Part shown: positions 1 through 13,020 of the stretch, piece by piece
How the letters are laid out: every line of letters begins with the position of its first letter
Numbering within the stretch: position 1 is the first letter of the stretch
NCBI RefSeq assembly: GCF_006345805.1
Contig: NC_043012.1
Span: 2,108,001-2,172,000 of the forward strand
Reading direction: 5' to 3'
Source of the DNA: Octopus sinensis
Lineage: Eukaryota
Length of the DNA stretch: 64,000 nucleotides
The notes under the pieces: model-generated
Told to the model about the DNA's origin: nothing
What the model saw: the letters and a program-made list of their open reading frames with translations, nothing else
Database searches by the model: none
Program-made: the position numbers and the translations under genes

Positions 1-25
1 GTGATCCCATCACCTCCTCCGCCAT
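1..25 (-). CDS. Probable start of an unidentified gene (MAEEVMGS...), truncated by the window edge
   Basis: ggaccATGGCG strong Kozak context, GC-rich codons, preceded by a CpG-rich UTR-like segment; only 8 codons visible. Confidence 0.5.
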
Positions 26-330
26 GGTCCACGTGCTAGCCACCACCATAACAACAACAACAACAACCGGTCGACACAAGAGTTAAAACGAAAACAAATA
101 AATAAATAAATAAACGGTGAAATTGATTTCTCCCCCGGCGGCGAGCGCCGAATTATGCGACCCGGTTTCCATCCCCGACTGAAACGATTTCGTTTTGTGT
201 TGCTAACGAGAAACTTGAGATGAATTAAAGTGATGAAAATGATGAACGTCACAACGACCTTGTGCAATATTTGCCCTCTTCCCGCTCTATGTGGAGGGTC
301 TGCATTTTGTGAAATCGACATGTACAATAG
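26..330 (-). promoter_or_regulatory. CpG-enriched putative 5'UTR/promoter of the left-edge gene
   Basis: Local CpG enrichment (cccggcggcgagcgccg, cgacccgg) against a CpG-poor background; lies directly 5' of the ATG at 25. Confidence 0.4.
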
Positions 331-3300
331 CCTTAATGATACCGGTTGTCACATATCACACACACATATATTGCACCCACACTTACACTATACACACACA
401 TTAATTATATACACATCAAAACGGATAGAAATATACGAGTTTTGATCGACTAAAACCGGTCCTTATATAATATATACACACACACATATATACAGTTGCA
501 AACCATAAAGCGAGTACCCTATAACTGGTAGTAGTTTATTTGCAATAAAGTCGATGAATCACTTTCTACCTACTCGGGAGTTTCGGGTGGTACTATGGCA
601 AGTATATCGTGCTAAACTCTGAGTAACAGAGTGAACCATTGCCTTTATACAAATATATACACATATATATGTATATATATGTGTGTGTGTGTGTAATTAC
701 AGATTGACGGTTGAAGAAATTGGGGCTAAATTAATATTGGTCATGACGGAATCGGCGAGGGGGGAATATACATGCAACAGATCAATAATAGTTAGATAGA
801 TATTTGTAATGATATATAAGTGAAAGTGATGATTGTTGTAATATGCCAATGTGGGACGACTGTTGTGTGATTGCAGTTGTTGTTGTTGTCAATGAGTGCA
901 AGTCAGCCATGTTGGATAGAAAGAGAGAAAATTGTAGCAAAAACTGAAGGATACTGCTTCGATCGGAACTGTTCTTTCGTATGGGCAATGCTGTAGATTA
1001 CTTCCTCCGATTTACGATTCACCAGTGGCTTGGCGTAAACAAAAATCTTTTTCCCAAGAAGCGGCATTGTTTGTTTTTTTTACTATATATTTATAGAGCG
1101 AATCCTCCTGCAGAGAAAAATTATATATATATATAAAAAAAACTACTGTTGGTGTTCAAAATGTGGCGCGAATGTCAAAGTTGGCCAACACAGATTTCTC
1201 CTGCTTCTGTCACATGATCTCTACATTTGCAGCAGAAGAAGAAAATTATATTATTATTATTATCATTATTATTATTATGAAATATAAATATTATTTTTTT
1301 TTTTTAAATTCACTTCATATTTTATATTTTAGATAAATTTTTATCGTAAAAAATAATAGAATTAAAATATTATTATAAAGCAAAATTATAAAACTGCAAT
1401 TTTTTTTTTTAATTTACAAAAAAATTTTAAATTAGATGAGTTTATAGTCCGGGGAGAGGTAAGGATTGCTAAACAAAAGCGCGGGATTGTTATTTGCAGG
1501 TGTGAACGAACGAAGATATTTCTTCATTATAAAAAAAAAAAAAAGAACTAACAAAATAGAAAAAACATATTTACTAATTATTGATAAATGATAACCGAAC
1601 GTAATATTAGAGTTGCTTTGAGTTTCAATATTTAGAATATCCAGCAAGTTCCATTATCACACTACGTTATATATCAATGAATACTTCCACACATCGAAAA
1701 AGCCGCTTCACGAATCACTAGAACTCTTGGAAATAGCAGCTCAGTTCCCTTAACGTCGTCCCTCTAATATATATATGTATATATATACGGAAAAAGGGGA
1801 TGACAGATTGGATGACGTAGTCCTAGATACTGTTAAAAACACGAGATGGTCGGACCTGGGGTATCATTGATCTTATTGTTAGTGAACTCCATCAAATCTG
1901 ACCTGAGGTGTACAACAATACGTACTTCCTGTGTACTTTTCATTTTATTTTTCCACAGTACGACGTAAATTAGTTTACAGAACTAAGTTATATAACTGGT
2001 TAGTTTTATTTACACATACACAATACATAAAGAATAGCAGCTTGGTATTTCTTAATCTGTTACAATACGTGGTGTATTTTACGATTTTGTGACCATGCTA
2101 ACCCCCCAAAATTGGCGCGCTTATATTTTGTCAACAAATTAGAAATGGTATCCCCGCCTTTTTTTTTTTTTTACCGACTAATTTTTCGCAGTGCCTAATT
2201 TTCCTCGACTAATGAAGTTTTCGTAGTTCTACTTTTTTTATTTTTGCGTATTTTTGGAGAATAATTGTAATTTTAAAAAATAAACATACTATTACAATAT
2301 TATAAAATAATAGCATTACGTTATGATTCCAGTCGCATCTAGCATGCTTTGTAACAATGTTAAATTGATCCCAGTGCTTTAATGATATTTTATTTCATCG
2401 ACCCCAGAAGGATGAAAAGCAAAGCTAACCGGTGGGACTTTGAACTCAGATTATATAAAACACCAAAAGATATTTTGCTCAATACTATCGATTTCGCTAT
2501 TCTTACACATAAACATTTAAATTTGTAAAAATAAAACAATTCTTTTTATATTTGTTTGTTTTCATATGTTTTTTTTTTAGAAAGTCAGAAAATAAGCCAC
2601 TGTTATTAAAATATCTCGTACAGAAAGTATAATGGAATGCGCGCCGGTTTCGATTCTCAGCTGAAATCACTTACGCCGCTAATATGCTGAAAAGAATCAC
2701 ATTTCCTTCTATAAGTCTATAAATATCTTGTCCTAAAGTAATAAATTATTATAATAGAGTATGTCGTTCTTTAGCTAACTTACCTTTAAAAAAATGTTTA
2801 AGTATAATAGGATATTTTTAATATAAAATATATATATATACATATGTGTGTATATATATATGTATATACTATACAATATATCATTACATAAGAAGTGGGA
2901 TTTAATTATTGGCATCTTACCTAAACATAAGGCATCAAATATTCAGGAGATGAGCTCGAGACGGTCTGAGTGTTTCTTGCCTTTAACAAAGAATGCCGTA
3001 AATGTAGTCAAATCATCACCATACCAAGGATCCAAAAGCAGGTTGCAGGCTTTGTTCTACCTTGTCTGATCTGAAATATATCTGTTGGCTAGGATGATAA
3101 AACGATGAGAAGAAAACTGACATTAGCACGAGGAAATAGATTTGATAGGCGTACCTAGTTCCTTATTTTATAAGACCCCCAAATCGTCAAACCATGACAA
3201 GATTTGAACTCGGAATATAAAGGGAAGTAACTAAAGACCCGAAGGCATTTTTTTTTTCTCCCGTGCGCTGCTGTGTTTATTTTCTATCAACTTCTTATAA

Positions 3301-6300
3301 TATCGATTTCTAACATTGTCACAAGGCCTCAATTTTTGGAAATGAGTTTAATCAGTTATATCGCCCCTACTACTTGATTAGTGATTAATTTATCGATCCC
3401 GATCCCGATCCCCGAAGAATGAAATGCAAAATCAACTCTGGTTGGAGCCAAAAGCCGAAGTGCGAAGGGACGTAACTAAAGGCGCTGTTATTCTGACATT
3501 GCCAAGCAATTTAAGAAAATATTTTATTTTAAAACTATATCAGCCTGTACGACTGCAATAGATTTCCTCTACAGTGCAAAATAGTCTCAAAAAGGACGCT
3601 GCTTTGAATATCGATTTCTAATTAAAATATGAGACGCAACCAGTAAAGATCGGAGGACTTCAGGCTACGAGTTAAGGAATGAGTGGAGGCGCGCAGCTTT
3701 GTAGTTAGGGTGTTGCCCTCATGATCGTAAGATCCTGGAACTGACGATGCATTGTGATCTTGAGCAAAACACTTCACTTCACGTTGCTCCTGACCATTCA
3801 GCGAGCAAAAATGAGTAATACTACGAAGGACTGGTGTCCCGTCCAGGTGCGGATGAGCCTATGGCTCGGGAAGGCCTTTTTGTTATTGTTGATTTTTAAT
3901 TATATTCAGATCAAAAATACTTAAATCTCAATGTTCTGGTACTCATAGCTTTTGACCAGCTGTCCATGAGGAGCACGAGGATAAATATTTTCTTAGCACA
4001 CAGAACTGAATTCAAACCCCGTCTGAATTTCTTGAAGAGGGAGAATGGGATATAGCGCCTCAAGGACGATTTTAATTTCTTAATATTTAATTGACCACGT
4101 TTGTTTTCTGTATTTTTAGGCCTGAATCAAGATTGATTGTGCAAAAGTATGACCAAAAATCCATTTGTGAATATTCTCTCTCGAACTACATTATCCAATG
4201 TTCTCTTCATTGTTTAAGAATTTCGGGCTTGATTTAAGATCGAATAACCACTTTGAAACACTCTGACAATATTCTCAAACTGGCATCTCAACACTACAAT
4301 AAGTTAGAGGACTGATTTTTTTAAAGATATTTTTACTAAGCTTAATGCGTTAGCTACCTTTCATTAACGTTTATGCAACCATATTTCTAACGAATTAGTC
4401 TCTGTATTTCAGCTGACGATGATGGTAATGAAGGAATTATAAAGACACAACAGAATATGCTTCAACACACAAACTCGCATAAAGAATCTAGCAAGCCAAA
4501 TTCAAAAACGAAATATAAAATTCAGCTTTCTGTCTAAATAAAAGAAAGATATGTCAGTGATCCCAAAACATTTTTGTTTCAAGCAAAACCATTTCCCACG
4601 GACCGAGGGATCACTTGCATAACAAAACAATAAAGTGCATTATATATCATTTAATTATTACATATATAATATATATATATAGTGCAAAAATACAGAAAAC
4701 TGCGATAGTCAGTAAAATAAAAATAAGATTTTAAAATTTATTCCTTCTTATGCAGCCCGCTAAGGGTCCGATGCCCAGTAGTTTTGAGCCCCTAGTATAA
4801 GTGGTATCGTGATAGAAATGGTAGAATAACAAGCTAAATACAATCTTTCAGTCATAATTCGTTGAATTCTGGGTTCAATTCTCGCCAAGCTCAGCTTTAC
4901 ATTGCATTCGTCCAGGTTTTAAAACAAGTACCAATCATGTTCTCTGATCATTCTAAACGACTATACCCCTTCCTGAAAATGTATAAAGTATTAAGAAATC
5001 ATTAATTGACACTATTGAAATCTTAAGTTTCAAAATATTCATTTCCTTCTTACATCCAATATTAGATTCGATCGTAATTTTCTGAGTTTGTAAAACCAAA
5101 GGTATTCTACTTCATTTCCCCAGCAGAGATGTTCGTTGATTTCCTTATACCGATTGGCATTATATGGTCTATTTTATTACGTTTATAATTTCTTCCAACT
5201 TTAAGGTTGCTAGTTGGCAGCACCGTTAGCACCCCGGTCAAAAATGCTTAGCGGCGTTTCGTCCGGTTTTACGTTCTGATTTCAAATTCCGCCGAGGTCG
5301 ACTTTACCTGTCATCCATTCGGGGTCGATGAAATAAGTACTAGTCAAGTACCAGGATAGATGTGATCAACTAGGCCCCTTCCCCGCAAAATTCCAGGATT
5401 TGTGTCTATAAAAGAAAGTTTAGTAATGGAAGGTAATTCTTCTGACTTCACGTTCTGCGGTCGATTTTGCCTTTCATTCTTTCGGGGTCGATAAAACGAA
5501 TGCCAGCCAAGTACTGGGAGCGATGTAGTCGACTAGCTACCTCCTCCCTGGTGCAAAGTTCTGGGTCTCTTGTCTATATTGGAAAATATTATATTGTCTA
5601 GTTTGAGACCTTACTGTCCAAACTATCTTTTCCACGACCGCAACAAATTGACACTTGGTGAATATATGTAAGATGGTTAATTAAAAATCCTAAATTTCAT
5701 AAATTATCTTTATTTGTTCCAGTCATTGAACTGCGGTCATGTTGGGGCATCACCTTGACGGATTTTTTCAAACGAATCAACCCTAGAACTTTTTGTTTTC
5801 AAGTTTGGTTCTTATCCAATCGATCGCTTTGGTGAAACAGCTCAGTTAGAGGACGTAAACAAACCAGCACCGGATGTCAAACGGTGGTAGGAGACAAAGA
5901 CATACACACATAGATATGTAGTGAATCTTGCATGCATGAAGTGGATTCGATCCACCATAGCCAAATTTAAATTAACACTGCAACAGAACTTTTCCCACGA
6001 AGGAACAATGGTTTTTCTCTGACAGCAGTTTTACATTTTCCAGATGCCTTTAGCTTGGCCGAAATAATGTCTTCACCACTTGACCCTTTCTAACCTCTTC
6101 TACTTCACCAAAAGCTAGAATAGAGATAACAAGACCACCAACTAAATCTATTGTTCTCAATGATATATCTATCTTTCTGGATCTTTATATAAACAAGCAT
6201 ATACCAAGCAAAAATCAGTTCGTCACAGTCGTGACGACTCAACGGAGTTCGTCACAGTTGGTGACGACTCAACGAAGTCTGGCTGACCAGCTAGAACTTT

Positions 6301-7354
6301 GGTCAGAGGGAGAAAGCAACTGTGAGACAACACCCTACAATTCTCTCTAGCTCTAATTCCGTTCTCTTACAACATCATTCTATCTGTCTCAGCAATTACT
6401 ACTAAACAATGAAGAGAACCCAAACTCAAACTTTACTTTGCATGCTTTTGGGTGTATCAAAACCTGCTCGTTGAGGCAAGGTATTTATAACGTAACGATA
6501 AATAAATATTTCCTTAAGACTTCATGCATTGTTCATCTTTCACATCATACAACTTGTCATAACAAGTTTTTTATCGTTACCACTGCCTCCACCGACATTT
6601 CATAATAATGTTTACTATTCAATTTAAAACCGTTACAGATATATATACACACATACATCCACATACCAAATCCACTCACAAAACTTTGGTCGGCCCAGGG
6701 TTATAGTAGGCACTTTCCAAAAAGTGCCACGCAGTGGAACTGAACCCAGAACCATATATCAGACAGCAGGTTTCTTACTACAGAGTCACGAACGCGACTA
6801 GAACTAAATTTTAAAAGAATAATTTGATAAATTTGAAGAATAAAAAAAATAGATAGAACCCTTTGTTCTAATGATATGTTCATAATTACTAAAAAATGTA
6901 TGAAACAAACAGAAATATTTTAGAAATGAACTGAAGCACGTACTGCGCATATTACACACTTGGCATTTAGCGAAGTGTTGCGTTGCAATCACTGTTACAG
7001 TTACACTTAGGGCTCTTGAAACAGTGAAACAGACGGCATTGCTATGAAAACATGGCTTTTTATTGATCGTGAGCTAATACAAAGGTTAAAAAACACATAC
7101 ACGTCCAAATCGCATTTAATTAAAGCATAAGCAAGTATTTCATTACAATTTTTTCCCTTTATTTCTTTCTTTATTTTTCTCTTCATCCTTTTTCCCCATT
7201 TTTACTTTTAAATATTGGATAAACGGATATGTCTGCACCAACATTATATATTATGTTACATATAATTGATTTTAAGGATATTATAAAATCATTTATTGTT
7301 AAAATATGTTTTAAAAACATTGAATCAATAGGTTTGAAAATACGTTCATATATA

Positions 7355-7610
7355 TTTGAGTGACTCTTTTTCCTCTTCTCACACTCTGGATGCTACAGTC
7401 GGGGCGGAATCCACATCTTCTGCGGCCGAGCGGTATAAAATCGTAAAATACTGCGATCTGTCGGCCAACTACATTTTCCATCCTGTGACGTTCGAGAGTT
7501 TTAGTGGGGTCGGAACACTGACTACGAGATTCCTGTCTTGCAGAGGTAACTGGTGAGGTTCGTGAGAGCTGGCCATTAGAGAGGTTTCTCAGAGCCCCCA
7601 ACTTTTCAAC
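7355..7610 (+). mobile_element. CRE-like (RLE-endonuclease) non-LTR retrotransposon C-terminal fragment, frameshifted
   Basis: DSFSSSHTLDATVGAESTSSAAERYKIVKYCDLSANYIFHPVTFESFSGVG, then shifted-frame EVTGEVRESW; resembles the remembered CRE tail pattern AE.RK..KY..L...YIF.PVA.ET.G..G...EVTGD.RE. Confidence 0.6.
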
Positions 7611-7705
7611 CCAAGGTGGTGAATTGTTTTGTTTTTTTCTTTTAATTTTTTCAGTTGTGTTCTCTGTTTTGTTCAGTTTTCTAGTTTGATTTTGTAAAAC
7701 GGTAA

Positions 7706-8178
7706 ACACTCTGAAGGCCTTACTTCCCTGGGTAGGTACATTGAAACTCCGACATCTGGCAGCTGATTTAGCAGAGACCCATAAAATTATTAACCATCTT
7801 ACAAACAAAAACACTGAGCACCTTTTCAAATTTCATCTGTCTAATACCCATGGACATGTTTACAAAGTCAGAAAACAGCACAGCTCCCATGACTTTCGGA
7901 AACATTTCTTCACGCTAAGAGTTGCTGAAGCATGGAACAAACTGCCGGCATCAGTTGTTAGTTGTCGGAGCACTGCATCCTTCAAAACTTCCATGCTTCC
8001 TGAGATTCGCCAACACTACACCTGATTTTCTCCCCTCCATACACACGCAAGCATGTATCTGACTCATACACTGTTCACTTTCCAGACATTTGTACGTTAC
8101 TGCATATGCTTTATATGCACTTTTGACAAGTTGTGGTGCACCTGAGCACTGTATACAATAATTTCATTATTATTATTT
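7706..8178 (+). mobile_element. CR1/L2-group LINE, 5'-truncated 3' end
   Basis: LKLRHLAADLAETHKIINHL...RKHFFTLRVAEAWNKLPASVV, 3'UTR ending gtggtgcacctgagcactgtatacaataat(tat)n. Confidence 0.9.
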
Positions 8179-8890
8179 TTAGGCAATAAAATCAAAATCA
8201 AATTTTAGATTTATTAAAAATTGAGAGACTAATGGCAATTTGTTAATAATAGTTGTTTGATATATTCGTTGAAATTATGGAGAAAACATAAAATTTAGCT
8301 AGATTCAGTGGAGTTCGTGAGTTAAGATAAGTTCATATACAACGGAGAAAAAGTTAAATTTTGAGGCTACGAGTTGTAATATCATGACGACTGAATGTAA
8401 AAAGAGGACTGTCAAACGTGTTAAAAATTCAAATAGGATATTTTGATCGTTTGGATGTTGCGGAATCAAAAAAATAAGAACCGGTCAAATGTTGGGGTCG
8501 ACGGTTATGACTAAAACCCGAATTCCAAAATTATTAGCATTGTTTCAATTTAAAGACTGTTGTTCCACCCCAGCTGTGGGAAGGGAGGTAAGCTACATTC
8601 AGAGGAGTCAAGAATTATGTCCCTCTAAAAATATCGTCGGCTAAAAAATCTGTTGAGACCAACAGCACTTTGAAAGGTTAAATATGCAAAAATAACACCC
8701 TTATATATTTTCTTTAAATGTGCAACAGTTCATTGACAGCTACGAACTATTCTTTATGCATCCATATCAAACCAGTCTTACTTCTGTGTGTGAAAGTTAT
8801 ATCAATGGAGTCTTCGTACGTTGCTGTTGGTATTGTGTGTGTACCTGCTAATATTTAGGGGAGTTAAAATGAGGAGTGGGTGTAATAATA

Positions 8891-8925
<35 letters not shown>

Positions 8926-9003
8926 AGAAAGGGATCGAATTTTTTGCCATAACATATTCATAAGGTAGCAAATTGGCAAAGCGTTGGAAATATCGGTGGT
9001 GGT

Positions 9004-9042
<39 letters not shown>

Positions 9043-9466
9043 TACACGCACACACACACTTTCTCTTAGGAACAAATCAGCTGTGGCCAGACCGGGAAAA
9101 ACATGAGATCTAACAAGTTTGAATTGCTCAAGAGACTCAGTATATCACAAGGCAGCCCTATAATTCTGTGAAGAGTTGATGGCAAACAAATAATGAAATT
9201 CTTCAAAGGATCTGCTACAAGTGATCTTTGACAACTGGATGCCATTCACCATCTTCACATTTCAACAAAGACGAGATTAGTTTAGTGATAGAGTTAAGTG
9301 ACAGTAAAAAACATTATCAGGACAAGAGACAATGGCCTCTATTCCACGAATGGGCAACCTTTTTTTGAGAAACAGGCTGCATGAGACATGGTTTATCTTC
9401 AAGTGGGCTGCACTACCAAAAATATTTGGCATATGTTATTTTCCTCATGAAATTAGACATATTTAA

Positions 9467-9686
9467 CCCTTTTGTTACCAACCCGGCTGAAACCAACTCT
9501 AGCTCTGAGTACAAATGTCTTGTTTTCATAAGTTTTGAATTAAAATCTTCCACCAAACCTTCGTCACAATTTATGTTCCTAACACTAGCTGAATGATAAC
9601 TAATTTATTTTACTAAATTCTTTGTTATATTTAAAGTAATTGAAAGAAACACAGAGCATCTCAAAATAAATACAGTAACGAAAGGG
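9467..9686. mobile_element. piggyBac-type MITE (family 1)
   Basis: TTAA|CCCTTTTGTTAC ... GTAACGAAAGGG|TTAA; second copy in opposite orientation at 53675-53895. Confidence 0.85.
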
Positions 9687-10555
9687 TTAAAAAGTCACAC
9701 AGGTTGAAGTTTGCTCTATTATCTCAGTTTGCCATGTAATGGGCATTTTCAAAATATATTCATTGAAACCATCACACTCGGTGAATTTCAAACTCAAATC
9801 CAGAGCCACAGTCCATACTGGGAAAGTGAAATACGAGACATACATTTTACACAAAGAAACCCCTTAATATCTTTAGTTACCGAATTGGAGATTTTTTTTC
9901 TCTTTTTACAGCTTATCAGAGAAATAGCAATGCCATGTTCCTTTTTGGGGTCTCCAACACTGATTAAAGGAAGTTAGGTTCATATTGGTTTCAAATTTTG
10001 GCACAAAGCCAGCAAGTTTGGTGGAGAGGTAAGTTGATTTCATTGACCCCTCCACACACACACACACACTGCTTAACTTGCACTTATTTTATCTACTTCA
10101 AAAGGATGAAAGGTAAAGTCAACTAACCCTGGCAGAATTTGAACTCAGAACATAAAGATGGAGAAAATGCCACTAAGCATTTTAACCAGCGTGCTAACGA
10201 TTCTGCAAACTCACTATTTTAGAAGGTATCCTCATATTAAAATTTTGAAACCAACCCAGAAAGTTTGCAACACAGTTGACTCTGCAAATTCTATTATCTG
10301 TGTCCGAGGGTTAGATGGTCATGTTATATTGAGCAACAGGTTAAGAAATCACCCCAAAATCAGCAGTGGTTCCTCTGATGGGCTTCCACACAGTTTCCAA
10401 TACCAGATTTCACCCATAAGGTTTTGGTCAGCCTGGAGATAACATAGAGGCTATCAGATCACTGTGCAGTAACTAATCTAAGTTGTTGGAATTATACAGG
10501 TTCAAAGCAACCTTCTTAACCACAGTGATGTACATACATACATTGTTTGTTCCTT

Positions 10556-10850
10556 CTCAAGTCACACCTGGCTCATAAGGGTCGGTTCCCAGGTTTCTTT
10601 GGTGTATAGGTTCTCCACCTGGACAGGACGCCAGTCCATCGCAGGTAAGCTGCAAGATGCAAGAGGAAAGAGTGAGAGAAAGTTGTGGCGAAAGAGTCAG
10701 CAGAAGTTCGCCATTACCTTCTGCCGGAGCTGCGTGGAGCTTAGATATTTCGCTCATAAACTCACACATCACCCAGTCTGAGATTCGAACCTGCGATCCC
10801 TCGACCACAAGTCCACTGCTCTAACCCCCAGGTCATGTGTCTCCACACAT
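10556..10850 (-). mobile_element. tRNA-derived SINE (family C)
   Basis: tRNA-like head (reverse complement of gattcgaacctgcgatc...ctctaacc); core gaaagttgtggcgaaagagt shared with 46855-47130 and family B. Confidence 0.8.
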
Positions 10851-11861
10851 ACATACATACATACATATTAAAGTAAAAATGAAAAACCGAGATGTGTGGC
10901 ATCACTTGAAAAAGACATGTTGTTTAGATAGAGAATATAAACACAGACTCTCTTACAACTGTTTCTAGAATAGCCAAGCATGTGGATCATCACATTGAGC
11001 AAAGATTTCATGAGCTGAATATCCCATCATGAAAGAGGGAGAAATCAGGGAGATGTAAAAAAATAAGGGAATATCCCCAGTTGAGAGTATACTCCAGTTT
11101 ATCAAAAATGGGGGAAGGATCAGAGTAAAATAGGTATGCATTATATAGTTCCGTGATTGAACAAATAATATAGTTTATAAGTAATATCCATTAGCAGTTT
11201 CAAATGAAAATTGGAACTGGTAACTTCCACTATTCCTTGCCATGATTTATCATTGAACATTGTCATTAAATCATCATCATCATCATCATCGTTTAATGAT
11301 GCTAGCATGGGTTGGATGGTTTTGACTGAGGGCTGACAACTAGATGGATGCACCAGGCTCCAGTCTTGATCTAGCAGAGTTTCTACAGCTGGATGCCCTT
11401 CCTAATGCCAACCACTCCAAGAGTGTAGAGGGTGCTTTTTACGTGCCACCACTATTACGTAAATGTAATAGAGAAATTGTCATGCATCTAATGCAACCAT
11501 ATTATGGATGGATTACTGAGTGTAAGAGTGTATGAACATTATTATAGCTAAAGTGTATGCTGCCCAAGGTGGTCCTTCAGTTTGCCACCCCTGGGCCCAC
11601 ACAAATAATACAGATTGCCTACAGCAGACCCCAAAGTGGTGCTGCCCCCATAAAAGGGCTGCCCGGGGCAGATCATGCCCTCTAGCTATGCTAGTAATGA
11701 TGAAGTGCTAAATTTGTTTTTTTCTACAAAAAGTAGGGCTTTGTCTTGTATGAGAGTGCTTCTTATACACCAGCAAATATGGCATGTGCCTCAAGAATTT
11801 TTAGCTAAAAAACCAGTCCTTGCAAAACAAGAAATAATAATGTGTAAATATATATATATAT

Positions 11862-12090
11862 TTCTTTACTACCCACAAGGGGCTAAACATAGAGGGGACA
11901 AACAAGGACAGACAAAGGGATTGAGTCGATTACATCGACCCAGTGTGTAACTGGTACTTTATTTATCGACCCCGAGAGGATGAAAGGCAAAGTCGACCTC
12001 GGCGGAATTTGAACTCAGAACGTAACGACAGATGAAATACGGCTACGCATTTCGCCCGGAGCGCTAACGTTTCTGCCAGCTCGCCGCCTG
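11862..12090 (-). mobile_element. SINE family D
   Basis: ggcgagctggcagaaacgttagc...gttctgagttcaaattccgccgaggtcgac...aagtaccagt; further copies near 5205-5400, 9975-10220, 18068-18300, 24020-24320, 53900-54135, 57085-57290. Confidence 0.85.
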
Positions 12091-12370
12091 TTTATTATAT
12101 ATATAGTACTCAGGTGCACTACAACTCATCAGAAGAGGATAAAAGAGGAGAGAGAAAGCAGCAATCAGTCGAGTAAAGAAAGACAGCAATGAAAGCCAAA
12201 AGTGTAAGCGTATTACATAAGATAAAATACAAAAAGACAGAAAAGAGAACAGTAAAAGAGCCATAAAGAGGAAAGGGTGCTTATGCACTTCAGGGAGCAT
12301 GAATAATATGATTTCAAAAGTCATGGAGACTGTGTGTGTGCTTTTTAAAAATTTTATAAGCATATCACAC

Positions 12371-12770
12371 AGCGCAGGAGTGGCTGTGTGGTAAGTAGTT
12401 TGTTTACCAACTACATGGTTCCGGGTTCAGTCCCACAGCGTGGCATCTTGGGCAAGTGTCTCCTGCTATAGCCTCGGGCCGACCAATGCCTTGTGAGTGG
12501 ATTTGGTAGACGGAAACTGAAAGAAGCCTGTCATATATATATATATGTGTGTGTGTGTGTTTGTGTGTCTGTGTTTGTCCCTCAAGCATTGCTTGACAAC
12601 CGATGCTGGTGTGTTTACGTCCCCATCACTTAGCGGTTCGGCAAAAGAGACCGATAGAATAAGTACTGGGCTTACAAAGAATAAGTCCCAGGGTCGATTT
12701 GCTTGACTAAAGGCGATGCTCCAGCATGGCCGCAGTCAAATGACTGAAACAAGTAAAAGAGTAAAAGAGT
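12371..12770 (+). mobile_element. tRNA-derived SINE family A with internal (TA)n(TG)n tract
   Basis: gcgcaggagtggctgtgtggtaag...ttccgggttcagtccc head; tail gactgaaacaagtaaaagag; at least 8 copies in the window. Confidence 0.9.
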
Positions 12771-12774
12771 ATAT

Positions 12775-13020
12775 CTATGAGATGTGGAAATATTGAATTC
12801 AAAATGGTGGCCATAGTTGATTTTGGAAAAATGATTAATAACTTTGCGGTCTTCTACCAAGTCAGCTGCTAGATGTCAAAGCTTTAATATGTCAATGCCC
12901 AGAGGAGCAAGGTGTTGAAGATATGGTATGTGACTGATGGAAAGTGTTTGTTTCAGTGTACGTCTCTGGACAGCTTCCAGCATATTGATATTCTAGATAA
13001 GATGGAGGTTGCAGGCATAA
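12775..13020 (-). mobile_element. Degenerate CR1-group LINE fragment
   Basis: Minus strand reads NINMLEAVQRR...LGIDILKL*HLAADLVEDRKVINHF, matching the CR1 copies at 7706 and 24445. Confidence 0.7.

Noticed and set aside
782-988. Minus ORF MPIRK.../MADLHSLTTTTT with a good Kozak ATG near 910
   Set aside because: No usable donor before the stop, low-complexity content, no recognisable homology.
1165-1172. E2F-like GGCGCGAA site (similar GGCGCG motifs near 2115 and 2640)
   Set aside because: Short motifs with no defined TSS nearby; cannot be supported from sequence alone.
1805-1910. Possible C/D box snoRNA (gatgacg...ctga)
   Set aside because: Box C is imperfect, there is no terminal stem, and the segment resembles a dispersed repeat also seen near 49905-49990.
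4120-4146. 27-nt plus-strand exon-like block (ttttag|...|gtatga)
   Set aside because: Its only open frame ends in phase 2, incompatible with the 4413 candidate exon; no other support.
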